From Bugula neritina (Eukaryota > Animalia > Bryozoa): DNA of 64,000 nt. The position numbers and the translations under genes are program-made. Shown here piece after piece: positions 39,801 through 53,300 of the stretch. The DNA lies in the NCBI GenBank assembly GCA_964035545.1, contig OZ037769.1:6429929-6493928 (forward strand). Direction: 5' to 3'. The notes below the pieces were generated by a model, which saw only the letters and a program-made list of their open reading frames with translations, was not told the origin of the DNA and made no database searches. How positions within the stretch are numbered: position 1 is the first letter of the stretch; each line of letters opens with the position of its first letter.

Positions 39801-40000
39801 ACTCGGCATGTCAACTGTACATTATTACTTAATAGACAGCACATCACATTCTAATCAATATATTAGTTCATATAAATCTGAAGGGCTGAATAATAAAAAA
39901 AGTAGGAGAATCATACTACCTCGGTTTGCTCTGCTTTTGGTAGACCAAAGTTGGGGTCTTGGAGATTTTGAAGGGATGGGTACACTGTCCCTTTTGTCAT
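15899..40000 (-). CDS. POLR1B: DNA-directed RNA polymerase I subunit RPA2, ~1153 aa, 25 exons: 40000-39920, 39716-39639, 39072-39013, 38477-38403, 37442-37323, 35074-34934, 34731-34633, 34278-34106, 33360-33211, 31967-31835, 27492-27372, 26734-26628, 25960-25640, 25137-25015, 24716-24578, 24113-23932, 22298-22122, 21559-21476, 21167-21010, 20673-20532, 19850-19694, 18484-18359, 17282-17155, 16630-16466, 16120-15899
   Basis: Conserved motifs in order: [140 protein letters not shown] and a C-terminal C4 zinc site. [13 protein letters not shown] and SRAGQKG are Pol I-type variants. All joins are in phase (3462 nt). Confidence 0.96.
18866..19486. repeat. (CCACTA/CCCCTA)n hexamer satellite with higher-order structure, intronic
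   Basis: Mixed CCACTA, CCCCTA and CCGCTA units punctuated by recurrent CTGCCACTACTTCTGCTGCTACTA blocks. Confidence 0.95.
20146..20535. repeat. 51-bp minisatellite, ~7.6 copies, overlapping a POLR1B 5' splice site
   Basis: Unit AAGAGTTACAGAGTTACACTATCTCAGTAGCGGGACTATTAGCTTACAACT. Period 51 (GACTATTAG at 20161 and 20212). Confidence 0.95.
22326..22445. repeat. 25-bp minisatellite, ~4-5 copies, intronic
   Basis: Unit GGCAGGCATACATTACAGGGGTGGA. Confidence 0.85.
24235..24292. repeat. Perfect 58-bp GC-rich palindrome, intronic
   Basis: CCTTAGCGCTCGAAGCGCAGGGGGTATAG|CTATACCCCCTGCGCTTCGAGCGCTAAGG: 29-bp arms with no spacer. Confidence 0.95.
26305..26529. repeat. 28-bp minisatellite, ~8 copies, intronic
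   Basis: Unit CCAGCACTGTATTAGTTGCTTCATATGG with minor variants. Confidence 0.92.
28194..28538. mobile_element. MITE, 345 bp, ~70-bp terminal inverted repeats, TA flanks
   Basis: AGCCTAGGGCCACACGGTGCGTATTTTCGCATGCGAAAATTGAAA... on the left and ...TTTCAATTTTCGCATGCGAAAATACGCACAGTGTGGCCCTAGGCT on the right, with TA on both sides. Confidence 0.85.
28806..29054 (+). CDS. Candidate 82-aa ORF nested antisense in a POLR1B intron
   Basis: ATG-initiated, purine- and GC-richer than the flanking intron, natural-looking composition. A possible acceptor (GTGACAG) lies just upstream. No homology recognised. Confidence 0.25.
   Translation: MAQRHSHQEEERVAYSFPTVCRQALSQFAYSDKEMEQLAYMCSYMETNHRDVKFTGGEAHYAFEAYLEGKRLEDVVENHVRS
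29250..30117. repeat. 19-bp minisatellite, ~45 copies, intronic
   Basis: Unit AGAGCTGGTATATATTACT with variants (CTAG/CTGG, ATC/ATT). Confidence 0.97.
30450..30542. mobile_element. Internally deleted 93-bp copy of the same MITE
   Basis: Same AGCCTAGGGCCACA...TGTGGCCCTAGGCT ends with TA flanks. The left TIR is cut after ~23 bp and joined to the right arm. Confidence 0.85.
31954..32091. repeat. 26-bp minisatellite, ~5 copies, overlapping a POLR1B 3' splice site
   Basis: Unit ACTACAATACAGTAGCAGCATGTGTT. The first copy (ACTAAAATACAG) contains the real acceptor at 31968-31969. Confidence 0.88.
37536..37613. repeat. (CAGTA/CAATA)n pentamer microsatellite
   Basis: Directly visible tandem pentamers. 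Confidence 0.85.
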
Positions 40001-40689
40001 CTTGTAAATTTCAGCTAAAATTCAAGTCAAATGCCAAATAGATTTAGTCAAAAAATCAATGTTTTAGTGTATTACAAACCACAGGTCAGATTTTTTCATG
40101 AGCTAAATTCAAGTAAAGCCACCTGTGTAAACATTTAAAGACAACCTGAAAAAATTGACAGTAGTAGTCATGACCATACTAAGAATGTGTAAATTTATCA
40201 TAACTGCGCAGTGGTTATCACTACAATTATCATAAAGTCGATAATATTGATAACTGATAAAACAAATTGAAAGCTCTGACTTTATTTTCTTAATTTACAG
40301 CTTCGGCTATTGACAATTATACTCAAAACTGAATAAGCAAAAATGCAAAGGCATACTAAATTAAAAGCAATAAAATCATATTTATAATAAAGATTCCTGA
40401 CAAATTTCACCTAAAATAACAAAATTAAAATAATTTTAGGCTATATTTGTATAACACAATATTACTATTGCTAATATTACAAACTATAAAGGCCAAACTT
40501 ACTCCCAGTGACAAACCAATAGCAATTATTTGATTACTATTACTTCAGTAATGTTTATCAACATAATAATATATACTATAATAGCCACATTCACTTTGAA
40601 TGATTGATACTGATAGTCAGTATCAATATCATGCAAATTAATGTAATAATATTATTAATTATAAAATTGAAAATGATTTATTATTTATA

Positions 40690-43600
40690 ATAAAAAACAG
40701 AAAATGATGTACAAAAACGTCCAATCAAGGTGAGATTTGAGGATGAGCAATCAAAATGGGAGTTCGTTAAAAGGTTCAACAATCAAATACTGAGAGAACA
40801 AGGTATTTACTGCAGACTTGATGAAAGCAAAGAAATCCGAAATCAACAATTCCAGCTGAGAAAGGAAGTTAACAGGCTTAGAGAGGAAAATACATCTATA
40901 GCATTTCGAGTGAGAGACATGCATATACAAGAAAAGCAAGCCTCGGGGGAATGGAAAATAATGAAACAAGTCCAGCAAAAGAGAGTGACGGAATGCTGAA
41001 AGTATTCCTCGCCAACACTAGATCTGTTAAAGGTAAAACCACTGAACTGCAATTTCTCACCACAGATTCTGACATAATTTGTGTCACTGAAACACACCTA
41101 GGTGACACAATACCTAATAGCAATATTCTACCAATCAAGAACAAAACAGTATTTCGTCGTGATCGCAACATTTGTGGGGGAGGAGTTATGGTGGCTGTAT
41201 GCGACCGTTTAAATCCCAAACTAGTAGATCTTAGTGAGTATAGGGAAGAGGTGGTAGCAGTGAAAATTCAACCACGAATGGTCATCTGCTGTTACTACAG
41301 ACCTTATGTACATCTCTCCAACACAGATGTTATAAATGATATTTTGGATTACCTACAAAGAGAGTATCAAAGGCACACTATTTTGTTTGTTGGAGATATG
41401 AACTTTCCAGGGATTGACTGGAATACAAAAGCAGTAAAGCCCTTGACCCCATACAAAAAGATTCATCAGAATTTTCTTAATGTACTAAATAGCCATAAAA
41501 TGACTCAAGTGGTAAAAGGATCAACACACCTTCTTGGTAACACGCTGGACTTAATATGCACCAACCAGCCTAACGTTATATGTGACACTGAGATCATAAG
41601 CCCAGGTCTTAGTGATCATTCATTGATCATTACTCATGTCCAAAGTGCAACCACCGCTACCCTGAGAAAACCACAAACTTTCCGGCTGTACAAGAAAGCC
41701 AATCAAGAAGCATTTCAGGAAGATATGCAAAAAACATCAGAGGCATTAGCAGTTTTGGAGGACCCAGAGGAAATGTGGAATCTCTTCGCGGAAAACTTAC
41801 AAAGAAGTATTGGTCAGCACGTCCCAATCAAGCAGCTGAAATCACCCCACCCCTCTGTCCCAGAGTGGTTCAATAAACAAGCTATGAAAATCAAAGAAAG
41901 AGTAAGGAAGGCACATAGGCGATCCAAAGTCAGCTCAAATAGCTTTGATCGTGAACAGTACAAAAAACTGAGAAGAGACGGGAAGAAAGAGCTGGAAGTA
42001 ATACGAAAAACCTTTTACACAAACAGAATATATCGTCCACTAAAAAGAGGGAACTCAAAGCCTTTCTTCAAACTGCTTAAAGCAGACAAAAACAAAAGAC
42101 AAGAGCTATTGGTACTGAAGGACGATCAAAATATAGTGACGGAAGATCCTGTCCAATGCGCTGAGTTGTTGAACACTTTTTTCCAGAGTCAGTTCCAGCT
42201 GGGCTTTATGGCAGAAGACTTCTCAAGGATCGAAACCGATGCCCAAGATTCTATTGATGTTACACCAGAAGGGGTTGCCAAACTTATCCAAAATTTGCCA
42301 AATGGAAAATCGCCAGGACCTGATGGAATTCGAAAGCCTGACATGCTCATAGACTTGGAGGGTACTGCTAGATGTCTTGCTCTGATCTACAAAAGTTCCT
42401 TAGACACAGGTAAACTGCCAAAACAGTGGAAACTTGCAAATGTCACACCAATACATAAAGGCGGGGGCAGTGAATCTCCAAACAACTTTAGGCCCGTATC
42501 CCTGACAAGTATTCCCTGTAAAATGATGGAGCACATCGTGCTTCATCACCTCAATGAAAAGCTTGACAGTGTGCTTCACCATCGACAGCATGGTTTTAGG
42601 AAAGGACTGTCCTGCCAAACTCAACTGTGTGTTACCTACCATGACCTAGTAAAAGCAGCCGATGAAGGACATACTACCCATGCAGTAGTTATGGATTTCA
42701 AAAAGGCTTTTGACAAGGTACCTCACCTTATGTTGCTCCAAAAATTACAAGAGATACCGGGTATAAATGGATACCTCCTTAACTGGATACTCGATTTTCT
42801 TTCCGACCGACAGCAGTCTGTTGTACTTAGAGGGGCAAGCTCTCAAAAGTGCCGAGTAACCTCAGGAGTGCCGCAGGGATCTGTGCTAGGCCCAATCCTG
42901 TTTTTGTGCTATATAAATGATCTTCCGGATTTGTTGTCATGTAAAGTCAGCCTCTATGCTGATGACACTCTACTTTACCAAACTGTGAACACCACTAAGG
43001 ATGCAGAACTATTCCAAACTAATATTAACGCTGTATATGAGTGGTCTCTAAAATGGAAAGTGCCCTTCAATGAACAGAAATGCCAAGCAATTAATTTTGG
43101 TAAGGTAACCCCTATATCACACTACAAACTCGGTACCACATGCCTTGCGTGGGTACAAAGCACTAAATACCTTGGGGTAACCATCCAGTCAAACCTAAAG
43201 TTTGATTAACACATAAATAACAAGTGTACCAAGTCCCGGAAAATTCTTGGCGGCATCAAGCATTTGATGTATGATGCCCCAAAAGATGCTAAGCTATTGG
43301 CTTATACAAGTCTATGTAGGCCTATACTCGATTATGCGGATGTGGTTTGGGATCCTGCGGCTAGGGGTAAAGTGCATGATATAGAGCTGGTCCAGAACAG
43401 TGCCATACGATTTATAAGCAATATGAAGGGACGTGCTGACAGTGTTTCTGAGGCGAGGGATGAGTTAGGACTCCGGTCGCTGGAAGACAGACGAAAAAAT
43501 CATCGACTGTGTTTGCTGACCCGAATTCTTCAAAATGAGGATCAACACCAGTCTCTATCCAGAGCCTATGACGAAATAATTGAAGGCAGGGAACTTGTAA

Positions 43601-43862
43601 CTGTAACCACTCGAGCGGCTGCCAGAGGAGAGCTTATCTCTATATCATCTAGGAAAAACTTATTCCACACTAGTTTTCTACCACGAACAATTCGTGAAAT
43701 GCGCGGAGAATATAATAACTAATTACAAAACAGCAAATGCTGTAACTAGTGCTAACCCTGGTCCAATGTAAGTTTTCACTAGAGGCTTCCCTATAGACTT
43801 TCCAGTTGCTGCGGAAGTCCTACCTCAACTGAGGTAATAAACTGAGGTAATAATAAATAAAT
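40690..43862 (+). mobile_element. 5'-truncated non-LTR retrotransposon (APE + RT LINE; CR1/L2-group-like, clade uncertain)
   Basis: ORF1 C-terminal remnant at 40730-40999 overlaps the ORF2 start. ORF2 has APE motifs (LANTRS, CVTETHL, GGGVM, YYRP, GDMN, TLDL, SDH) and RT motifs (KSPGPDGI, QHGFR, DFKKAFD, GVPQGSVLGP, YADD, KYLGV). The 3' end is a short tandem tail (AACTGAGGTAATA x2, then ATAAATAAA). The 5' boundary is approximate. Confidence 0.93.
40951..43722 (+). pseudogene. LINE ORF2 (endonuclease-reverse transcriptase) interrupted by one in-frame TAA at 43207-43209
   Basis: ORFs 40951-43209 and 43264-43722 are in the same frame. Reading through gives NLKFD*HINNKCTK...LLAYTSLCRPILDYADVVW, a typical ORF2 C-terminal region. 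Confidence 0.9.
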
Positions 43863-43899
43863 ATTGAAGATTCAACTTGACTTGATATTTCAATCACTA

Positions 43900-44265
43900 A
43901 ATTTAATGTAATACTAATAGTAATACTTATACTAATTTTCTCAATCACTCGTCATTATGATTATCAGATTATGATAATGATACTCATACTCGGTCTCAAT
44001 CACATGGTCCTGGTGATAGTGATACTCATACTCATAGTCACTATCATAGTGATAAACTCTGAGACTGAGTCTGATGTCATAGTGATAGTCATACTCATAC
44101 TGATACTCATAGGGATACTGTTAATGAGTTACTTGATACTGGTAGTGATACTCATACTCATAGTTACACTGATAGTCATAGTGTTACACTAAGACTAAGT
44201 AGAGTAAGTTACTGATACTGATAGTCATAGTGATAGTGGTAGTCAATAAGTCATAGTTCATAGGG
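43900..44265. repeat. Low-complexity (GAT/ACT/CAT/AGT) trinucleotide-mosaic tract
   Basis: Recurrent GATACTCATACTCATAGT and TAGTGATAGT units. Similar tracts occur at ~11090-11450, 12190-12570 and 40540-40680. Confidence 0.75.
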
Positions 44266-45095
44266 CAGCATAGCCATGGATAGAATAGTATATATTGTTT
44301 AGCAAACGTTAATTGAAAGTCAATTATTCTAAAAATGATAACAAACTGCTACTTGCTTTTATAACTACTAGTGCCAGTGCGGTTATTTTAATTTTTTGAT
44401 TATGATTATGATCACGACGGATAATCACGCCGCTTACACAGGATATATAACATTAAAGTGGAAAATGGAAACGCGAAATAAAAAAGTGTGATGTTTTTAT
44501 TTATTAGGAAAGACCTTGAGCTATGTTATTATTTCCATAAACTGACGTAAAGACAACTCCTTCTAATACCTGTTCTATACTTGTAAAGTTATTCAATTTT
44601 ATAGCTGAATGCATGTTATGTAATGAATCCAAGCATAACATTTAGCATAAATACCAGTCATAAGTTCTAGCAGGGTAGGAGCAAATATAGTGTTACCAAA
44701 ATTTAAACATTCTTTTAGGTTTAATGGTAATAACCCAGTATAAGAAACTAACTATAATATAACAACATAACCATTAACCGAGATAAAAGAATGCATGGAG
44801 ATATATATCTCAAAACAGCTTCTGTCCACAAATTGTGATATAATGCTCTATAATACTTTATGCTCAGCAATGACATTCAGTGATTGAGCTCTCTAACCAT
44901 GGCACAAACTCAAGTTGCAGCATTTTACAAAGTTCATGACCTCTAGAGTCACTTGAACTCTCTGGCTTGACTCTACACACGTTTTAAATACAAATGAGTA
45001 GAAACATAAGTTTCCACTGTTGCGAAGGGCAATGATCATGAAACTCTATTCTGTGCTGATCAGGGACAAATCCTGAAACAGCCCGCTGTCCACAG

Positions 45096-45099
<4 letters not shown>

Positions 45100-45128
<29 letters not shown>
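45100..45128. repeat. (TA)n microsatellite
   Basis: About 15 TA units. Confidence 0.95.
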
Positions 45129-45132
<4 letters not shown>

Positions 45133-47307
45133 ACTATGTTATAGATTATAGCATGATTATCTAACTACTACAATAATATGGTCGTGTGATTTTAACTTTT
45201 AGCATATATACACACACTTATTTACTTACCTGCAGTCACTCATACCCTCATCAAGTTGAAAGTTGGTATACCGACCAGATGTTCTTTAGTCAATGTTTCC
45301 ATACTGTAGTATTTTATGACTATGTCTTGTAACTTTTCTACTTTTTTCTGATTATAGGTTAATACAAACATTGCTGATGCTTCTTACGCACGGGACTTCT
45401 GAATATTTCTTTGATTCATTTATACCGTGGAATTGAAACTTCCTTTGCCTCCTTGAACTTTGGTGTCATAATCTACCTGCACCATTGGACTTGGTGTATT
45501 GAGCTCATCTTTTACATTGTATCTAATAGACCTCAGTATGAAGTTGTAGTTAAGTCTTTCATATGAGTTCATCAGCTTCTGCAGGCATTGCTACAAACAA
45601 ATGGAACTCTCATGACGTCATCCATTCTATTCTGTCTTAGATTTCCATGTCGTGTACTGAAAAATAAGCATCAATTATATATTGCTATTATTTTTCTGCA
45701 AGTTATAAATTGCTAATTTATTGGCAAAATCTTATATATGCCCAAACATGCTATATATTTACAACTTCAAGATGTTAGGTCATGCGTAATGCATGTTCTT
45801 TTTTCTAGACAGCTAATTGAACAAGAGTGGTAATGTGACAATATACACAGTGTACTCACCTAATGTGTGTGTTTTTTACTTCATACTTTATACTTTATAG
45901 ATCGTTGTGCAAAATTGTACTGAAGTCTTTTATATATAGCTAATTTAACAGTAATTTTCTCATGTCTATTCCTTGTGATTATAGACTTTATCTGATCCCT
46001 CTTTCGTGCACTGAAAATGAAAACAAAAATTATGATACATACAATTATGGTACTGTAATTTCCAAAATACTCTGATCACTGCACAAAGACCGTTTCTAAA
46101 AAACACAACAGTCACAACATAAAATTTTCAAGTCATAAATATTTTGTAATTTATCTAGTATAGTAGTACATAACATACATTACATACATGTAGAGTATAG
46201 TAATACCATAATATTATAATATACACAGTGTACTTACCTATGAGTAGTTATACGATAGAACAACTACAAACACAACCCAAAATAGTTGGCAGCAAATTGG
46301 TTTGTTTAGGATAAGAACTTCCATAATTTCTAAAAATATCTGCAGTTATTAATTGTTCAGTAAGCAGCTCTGTGGACTGATAATTAAGTGTAACATTTGA
46401 ATACGTTGTGTCAGCGCTATGTCATCAACGATTGTCTTTCTCAATGTAATGCATTCTTCAGAATTCAATGCAGATATAATATTGTACATTATATTATGTT
46501 TAATTATGTATTTTCATTCTCAAGCCTAATTAATGGAAATATAAAAAATTGTCAAATCAAGAGAAGACAACTTCAAAAGTTTTTGAAATTTTTCTTATTG
46601 CTAAACTACACAAAAATACTTTACAGAGTTTTGCTTATTGATATAAATGTGACACAATGCAATAAAATATATTATGTGTACAATATGCAGCATATAACAT
46701 TACGCATGCAGTCAATATTCAAAATATCCGAATGTGTTTTTCTAAAAACTTGGAAAAAAGTTTTTGTGAAGTTTTCTCCAAAGGTAAATTTATCGAAATG
46801 ATTAATTCAAGTCATAGAGTAAGTTTTATTTATTAATGGCATTTGTAGAAGTCAGTGAACGCAGATATTAAGGCATATCAGAGAATTACTAGATGCTAGT
46901 TAACTGCTGATAAGCTCAATATATAAGAGACATGTAAGACAAACATTCAGTGGCACATTTATTGCAATAATTTACTGGGTTGCACAAGTGGACGGATTGT
47001 AAAATAAACTGGGCTAATTAGAATATTAAATATAATACATGCTTGTGCAAAAAAATAATATCAATAAAATATTATTGATCATAATAAAAATACTGAATAT
47101 AGTAGAAAATTATGCAGTATCTAAGGCAACACCTAATATTTACACATTGTGTTGAATAACATATTATCACAAAAATGGTATATGCGTTTCATAAACAAAT
47201 AGTAATAAAACATATATAAACTACTTATATATACAACATAGCAAAGTACGAAAATAGTCCTCATAGGCAGGTAAAATATATACATACTGTATTTTGCAGT
47301 ATGACAT

Positions 47308-50300
47308 TTAAATGGGTTTACGTAATTCAATAACATATAAAATAGCTTCTTTAATGTCAGAGTCGAGTAAATTCTTGGAGGCCATGATAAGGTTGTTTCT
47401 GTAAATCTCTATAGTTTCCTGGTGGTGTGCTGCAGTCTCCTACAAATAATATGCTTATAGTTAACAAAATTAAACAAATACTATAATAATATATCAGTTA
47501 CTAGTTCTCTGAAACACTATATACTAGTTAATAGTGATCTGAAACACATACAAAAGCAGCATAAAAAGAAAAATCATCATGCAGTTCTTCAACTATGTTT
47601 TATCTCATGATGTTAATTAAATAAGAATTTTTACTCTGAAAATTCATAAAGGTAACTCACCGCAAGTTGGGACTGCAGCTTTGCTATCTGCTGCTGCAGA
47701 GACTGCACGGTCTGCTGTGAGTCACGCATCGAGTCCCGTCTCTGTGGAGTTGCTGATAGGTCCTTCAACAGAGAAATCTGCTTCTCTAAACTTTGAATCT
47801 CCTGCTGCTTGAGTTCGTACATCTCCTCGTTACAACTGGACAGCTCAGTCAGTCTTTCAATCTCGTAGCTGAAAGGTCATACAGTACATACTATAGTTCA
47901 GATCATGATCACTCTTCAATGTTTAAAACAGTGGTGTGCTACTAAATTTTACTAACAAATTATATTTAATTATCTAAGATCAAACTCGAAAAAATATAAT
48001 TCTCAGGCTCACAAAATTTAGCTTCTAAAATTAATAACAAAAATTGAGTTGGCAAATAATCACAAATTGAAAAGTAGTTGTCAAGGAAAGTGTTGGATTG
48101 GGATTGAAAAAGTAGTGACTTGGCATATGATATGATTCTGGATGCTTGCGAATTACAAGACAAACAGACAGCAGCATCATAAATGTCCTTCAAGTGTAGA
48201 GTATGTATAGAATATATTGTACAAGAATGTGGCTTTAGAAAGTTGGAATAAACAGCTAGAGTAGAAGACAGTAGCTTACTGCTGGTCTTCATTGAAATCC
48301 TTTAGTATGAGCATCTCTGACTCCAGCTCCTCACACTTCACCATCAGGCTATCTATCTCTTCGTGACTTGACCGTCTCAGCACCTCTGCTGCCTTCTCGC
48401 TCTCTTTCATTCGGCGCACAGACTCGTCCATCTTCTTCATGAAACCTAAAATCATGAGAAAACGATTATATTCTTCCTTCACTTAGCAAGTTTACAAAAC
48501 TGTTATTGTTTTAACTCAAAAAAATAATAGACGTTGAGTAATCAGGTTAGAATAAGATAAATCCTTTTAATTACAATAATGCTAGCAATAGAGGCTTTTA
48601 CGCATTTAGAAAAAAGAAAACATATAGCTTATAATTGTGTTAAAAATGAAATTTGCAGTTACCAATAAAACAAATGACTTACCACATAATTAGTTGACAA
48701 ATTATCCAATGCATAGACCAACAATTTGATATTATTTATCACTAAAAACTTTTCCTTTACTTTACAAAATCTCAATATGTGATTGAAACTCACTTTGTCT
48801 ATCTTTAAGCATCCGCTTCTCATTGGCATCTTTACGCTTTAATCTTTCTTTGACTTTGCGGTACTCTCTGTCATACAACTCGAGTTTCCGACCAAGTCTG
48901 TCTACTTCCTTCTTGTAGGATTTGGTTTGCTCTACGGCCGCCACAGCCTTTTCTTTATACCTGCTATTGCTTTTAACCAGCTCCTCATTCTGAAAATATA
49001 ATGAAATGTGCCAGACAGTGAGGCCTAGTCTGAGTTGGTGACAGTAGGTAATCCTGAGTTTAAAGTCTCACATGTGAATAGTGGTGATAAAAAGACAAGA
49101 TCTATATTTACTTCTTAATGCATATAAATGTTGTATAGACCAATTCTCTAACAGCCATCAAATATTAAGAACTTTAAGACAAGCTTAGTATACAACCTTG
49201 ACTAAACTCATACTAAAGAATAAGCTAGCGTTTATTCTTAGCAACATCATTGACAGGAATCAAGACTTACCTGCTTTGCCAAATCTTCATTCTCTTGACT
49301 TTTAACATCAAGCGTTGATTTGCAGACGTCTAATTCCGAGTACAACTTTTTTCGGCCATGTTCAGATTCTTCATATTTTGACTAATTAGTAACAAAGTTT
49401 ATTTATAAACTATAAAATACTACATATAAAATAATAACACAACAAATAGAATGTACTAGCTTTTCCATGCTATAAATATAAATAACTCTATACTGACTCT
49501 AATCTAACTCTAAACCACGAACCTGCAGTTGAGCGAGATCTTCTGAAATGGAAAGTTTTTGTCTGTCTAATGCTTCGATCTCGGCTTTCAACTTGGCGAT
49601 TTCCCTGTTCTCTTCCTTCAAAGACATCTGCCGCTGCTTACCACTCACTTTGGCTACAGGTTTCACCTCTTCCTTCACCTGCTTCCCTGTGCTGTTGTTC
49701 AACACTAAATAGTGTAAAAGGGATTGTAGGCAGCAGTATGCAGCATGTGTTGTATCATATTCTCAAATAGCGATAATTTGTGTATAATACGAATAATTTC
49801 TGCTACATGTAACATATTTCCATTTAGTGTGGGTTTACATTTTTAATTTTGCATTTTGGTTTAGAACATGAATAATTTGTCTTACGAGCAGGCAACTTTA
49901 TATAATACAGCTATTTGCTATAATTGGCAATTTTGAAAAATCTGCTTCTTAGCATCTACAAAAATCAGTTATAATAAAACTACTTGAAGATGTTTGATAC
50001 AACTTAAAATTGTTGATGTCAAGAGATAGAGTATTTTAGACAATCAGAAAATAAAAATGCAGTAAGGAGTCCTAATAAAGCGAACTTACTACACAAGCCA
50101 GGAAACCCAAATTCGTCGTCTGAATCATCTTCATATTCACCTCCAAAGTCATCAATCCAGTTCATGTTACCATCTGGCAGTGTATCCTGCTACAACAGAA
50201 TATTTGCATTAGTTAGTGCAAAGATGTCAGACCAAATACTTGTGTTTAAAACAGAAATACATTTCATTTGTTACGTATGTAATTGTTAAAGTTTTAAGGC

Positions 50301-53300
50301 TCTTTACACTGTTTTGCACAACTCAAGTTACAGATAAGCGATAAATTCACAATAGTATATATTATCTACAAAAAATACATAACTCATCAACAAACTCACT
50401 TAGGTTAGCTCGTCAATAAAACAGCTACCTTAGTCTCTGATTATTAATAAGCATACAGACACTTGCACACCACATTTAAAGTTACCAGTTACCTTGACAA
50501 TAGACGTGTGTTGAGTTCTATCAGATGCCCCTCCAGCCAGATTCTCTAAAGTTGTTATCTGAGCCAACAGCTGTTTATTCCTAATCCGTTCATCTTCTAA
50601 CTTAGTGGACAGTTCACCCAGCTAGTAATAGAATGCAGAACTTGGTAGCAAATATTTTGAATTTATATATAAATTAGTATACAGAATATATCCAGTAGAT
50701 GGCATAACACAACTTTTCAAAAATTTTATTTTAAAAAAATATACTTCGAAAATAAACAGTTTGCAAATGGACATATCAAAAATAGGACACTTTCAATGGA
50801 TATATAAAAAAATGACATATTGAAAAATTGTCACTTTGAAAATGGGATCAGCTCTAAAATCTAGTTGGGTTCAAATGAGAAACTTTGATTGTAGACTACT
50901 AGGTAAAAAAACTTTTTATGTGCTTCTTTGTGAACTGTCTTTGTAAAATGACATTATTGAAAGATGGCGGAGTTGCCAAATAGATAGTATGGAAAAAGCA
51001 ATATTGTTAAGGCGCTATCAATAGTATGAAAATAATGGTATCATATCTCATACCTGAACCACCATCTCCATACGCTCATTAACCTCCAAGTCTTCTTGAC
51101 TCATCCTTCTTTTTTCTTTCTCTAAATCTCTCAACTTTTCACACATTTTCTCATAGTCAGACTTTAAATTGTCATAGTTAGTAATCAGATCATCATGAGC
51201 CTTCTTTAAATCCTGCTAACAGAATTATGCTTGGAAGTGTTGCAAGGAAAAATTTGAAAACAGCAAACGCTATCAGTTTTCTTGTGTTGATAATGTCAAA
51301 AATAACAATTACACAGAGCAACTTACTGTTGAGGTATTAGAATCAGGTTTGTTAGAGCTGGACTTGTCTACTGAAGCTACTACTGCCATGTCATTACTGT
51401 CATCACTATCACTGGATGACTCAGAGTCACTGCTACTCAAAGATATCCCTTCTGAAGCCATCAAAACATCCACTGGGTTACCAGACAATACTTTATCTAC
51501 AGTTGAGGTCGCTGAAATGTGTTTACCATTGCCTGAGGAACTCGCTGCTTCATGTCTGCCGGCAATGATCGTGTCTTGCGCAACATTACTGGTGGTGTTT
51601 GAGTCAACCTGACACAACACAGTGCCATCTTCAGCATCTAAATCAGTGACCATGATTAACTTCTTAGACTGAGTTACAGAGTTGTCTGTCGGTAGATGTA
51701 GTGCGGGCCCATCCTCTGTACCCTTGCACTGTGTGTCTCCATGTGTTGTAGAATGATTCTCATGGCTACTTCTGCCATGTTTTTCTAAATTTCTAAAAAT
51801 GCAGAACCATATATGTTATGATGCGTATTGAAAATATCTTATTTCTACCAAAACACAAAATTTCTATTAAACTCTAAGCCGAGCTCTCGAGTCATTACGA
51901 ATAACAACTCCAAATTTAAGAAGAATATTTGAAATCCTGCACACCACATATAAATATTAAAGAGTAATTTAAGTACAAATTAAAGTCTGTCTTGCTTGAG
52001 TTTTAACAGTTTGCTCTTCTATATTGTAAATACTAAGTTTTACCTTCAAGCTATAAGGGCCAGGCATATATTCTTAATCTTGACTTAGCAATAAAACTAA
52101 ACGTGTCCACACAATTAATTTAGTATATAGTATAACCTAATTTGAATAACCTATTCAGAAATGAACAAAAATAGTGCCACTAATTCTAAATTGAAATTTT
52201 AAAAGAATTCTTAAATCTTGCTTTATAACATACAATCTCCAATTTATGAGATTCTCCTAAAGTTGTACTCTGGCCCAGTGCCATAAAATTATAGACAAGT
52301 GTGAAAGTTGAACAATTATGTCAGGAAAGAACTTCCATGCGCTTTCAGTATGCTATGTAAAGTCAGCCGTCAGCTATCATATAATCGATACAGTATCACT
52401 GAAGATTAGTTACTCAACCCAACAACTGAGTATTGAGAGAACAGTAGTTTAAATCAGACTTTACATCTTTCACACAAATAGCAGCACAAAGTAAAGCTGA
52501 AAACTCGACAGAAATAGTAATATGTGAACGCACCTGTCACTCGTTTGAAGTTGAGTATTCTGTAAGTCTTTCAACTGAGATGTCACAAAACTGTTGGTAG
52601 CAGTGTGACGAGTTCGAAAAGTCTGGTAGTCAGAAGTATAGAGACAAGTAGCATACAGCTTGCTAATCCAGTTGAGAGTAAATAGAGTAGACTTTATTTC
52701 TCTAGTAAGACATGCACAGATGAACTTATAAAAATGAACTCCAAGAATGAACTGCGAGAATGAACTGATTCGTAAACACAACTGCCTCAGTATTTATAGT
52801 AAACAAAACACTCTAGAACATTCTCAAGCATTCCAGTATAGAATATTCTAGTAGAAAACATTCCCCACATGCCAATACTATTTATAGAAAATCAAAACAA
52901 AACAAAACATTGGAATTTCCATGGTTATTCGCAATTATTGCGCAACACCTTGTTTACATTGCTGGGCAGTAGTTAACATGACTAATGAAAACAATAACAA
53001 TGAACAATGACCCATCTCTTTGATCAGTCTAGAACATTTATGAACATTCGTGTATAATCATTAGGAAAAACCCGGTAAGTCTATTTATAGGTATATGTAC
53101 ACTCAGAATTTGTGACAACCCCCCATTCTAAGAGAAATTATCTTGATCATTTCTCCTAACTACTTAAAATTCTGAGTCAATTCGGCTTAGATAATCAGCT
53201 CCAACATTGTCCTTTTCTTGGATTGACTCCACCTTGATTCTGAAGTCCTGTAAATACATAGCCCATCTCATCACTCTGCTGTTTCTTACTGTACAGGTCC

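Noticed and set aside
43207-43209. Programmed readthrough or a non-standard code at the LINE TAA
   Set aside because: Host genes here use TAA as a normal stop; a single point mutation (e.g. CAA>TAA) is the simpler explanation.
43971-44192. 73-aa hydrophobic 'membrane protein' ORF
   Set aside because: Translation of a GAT/ACT/CAT low-complexity tract.
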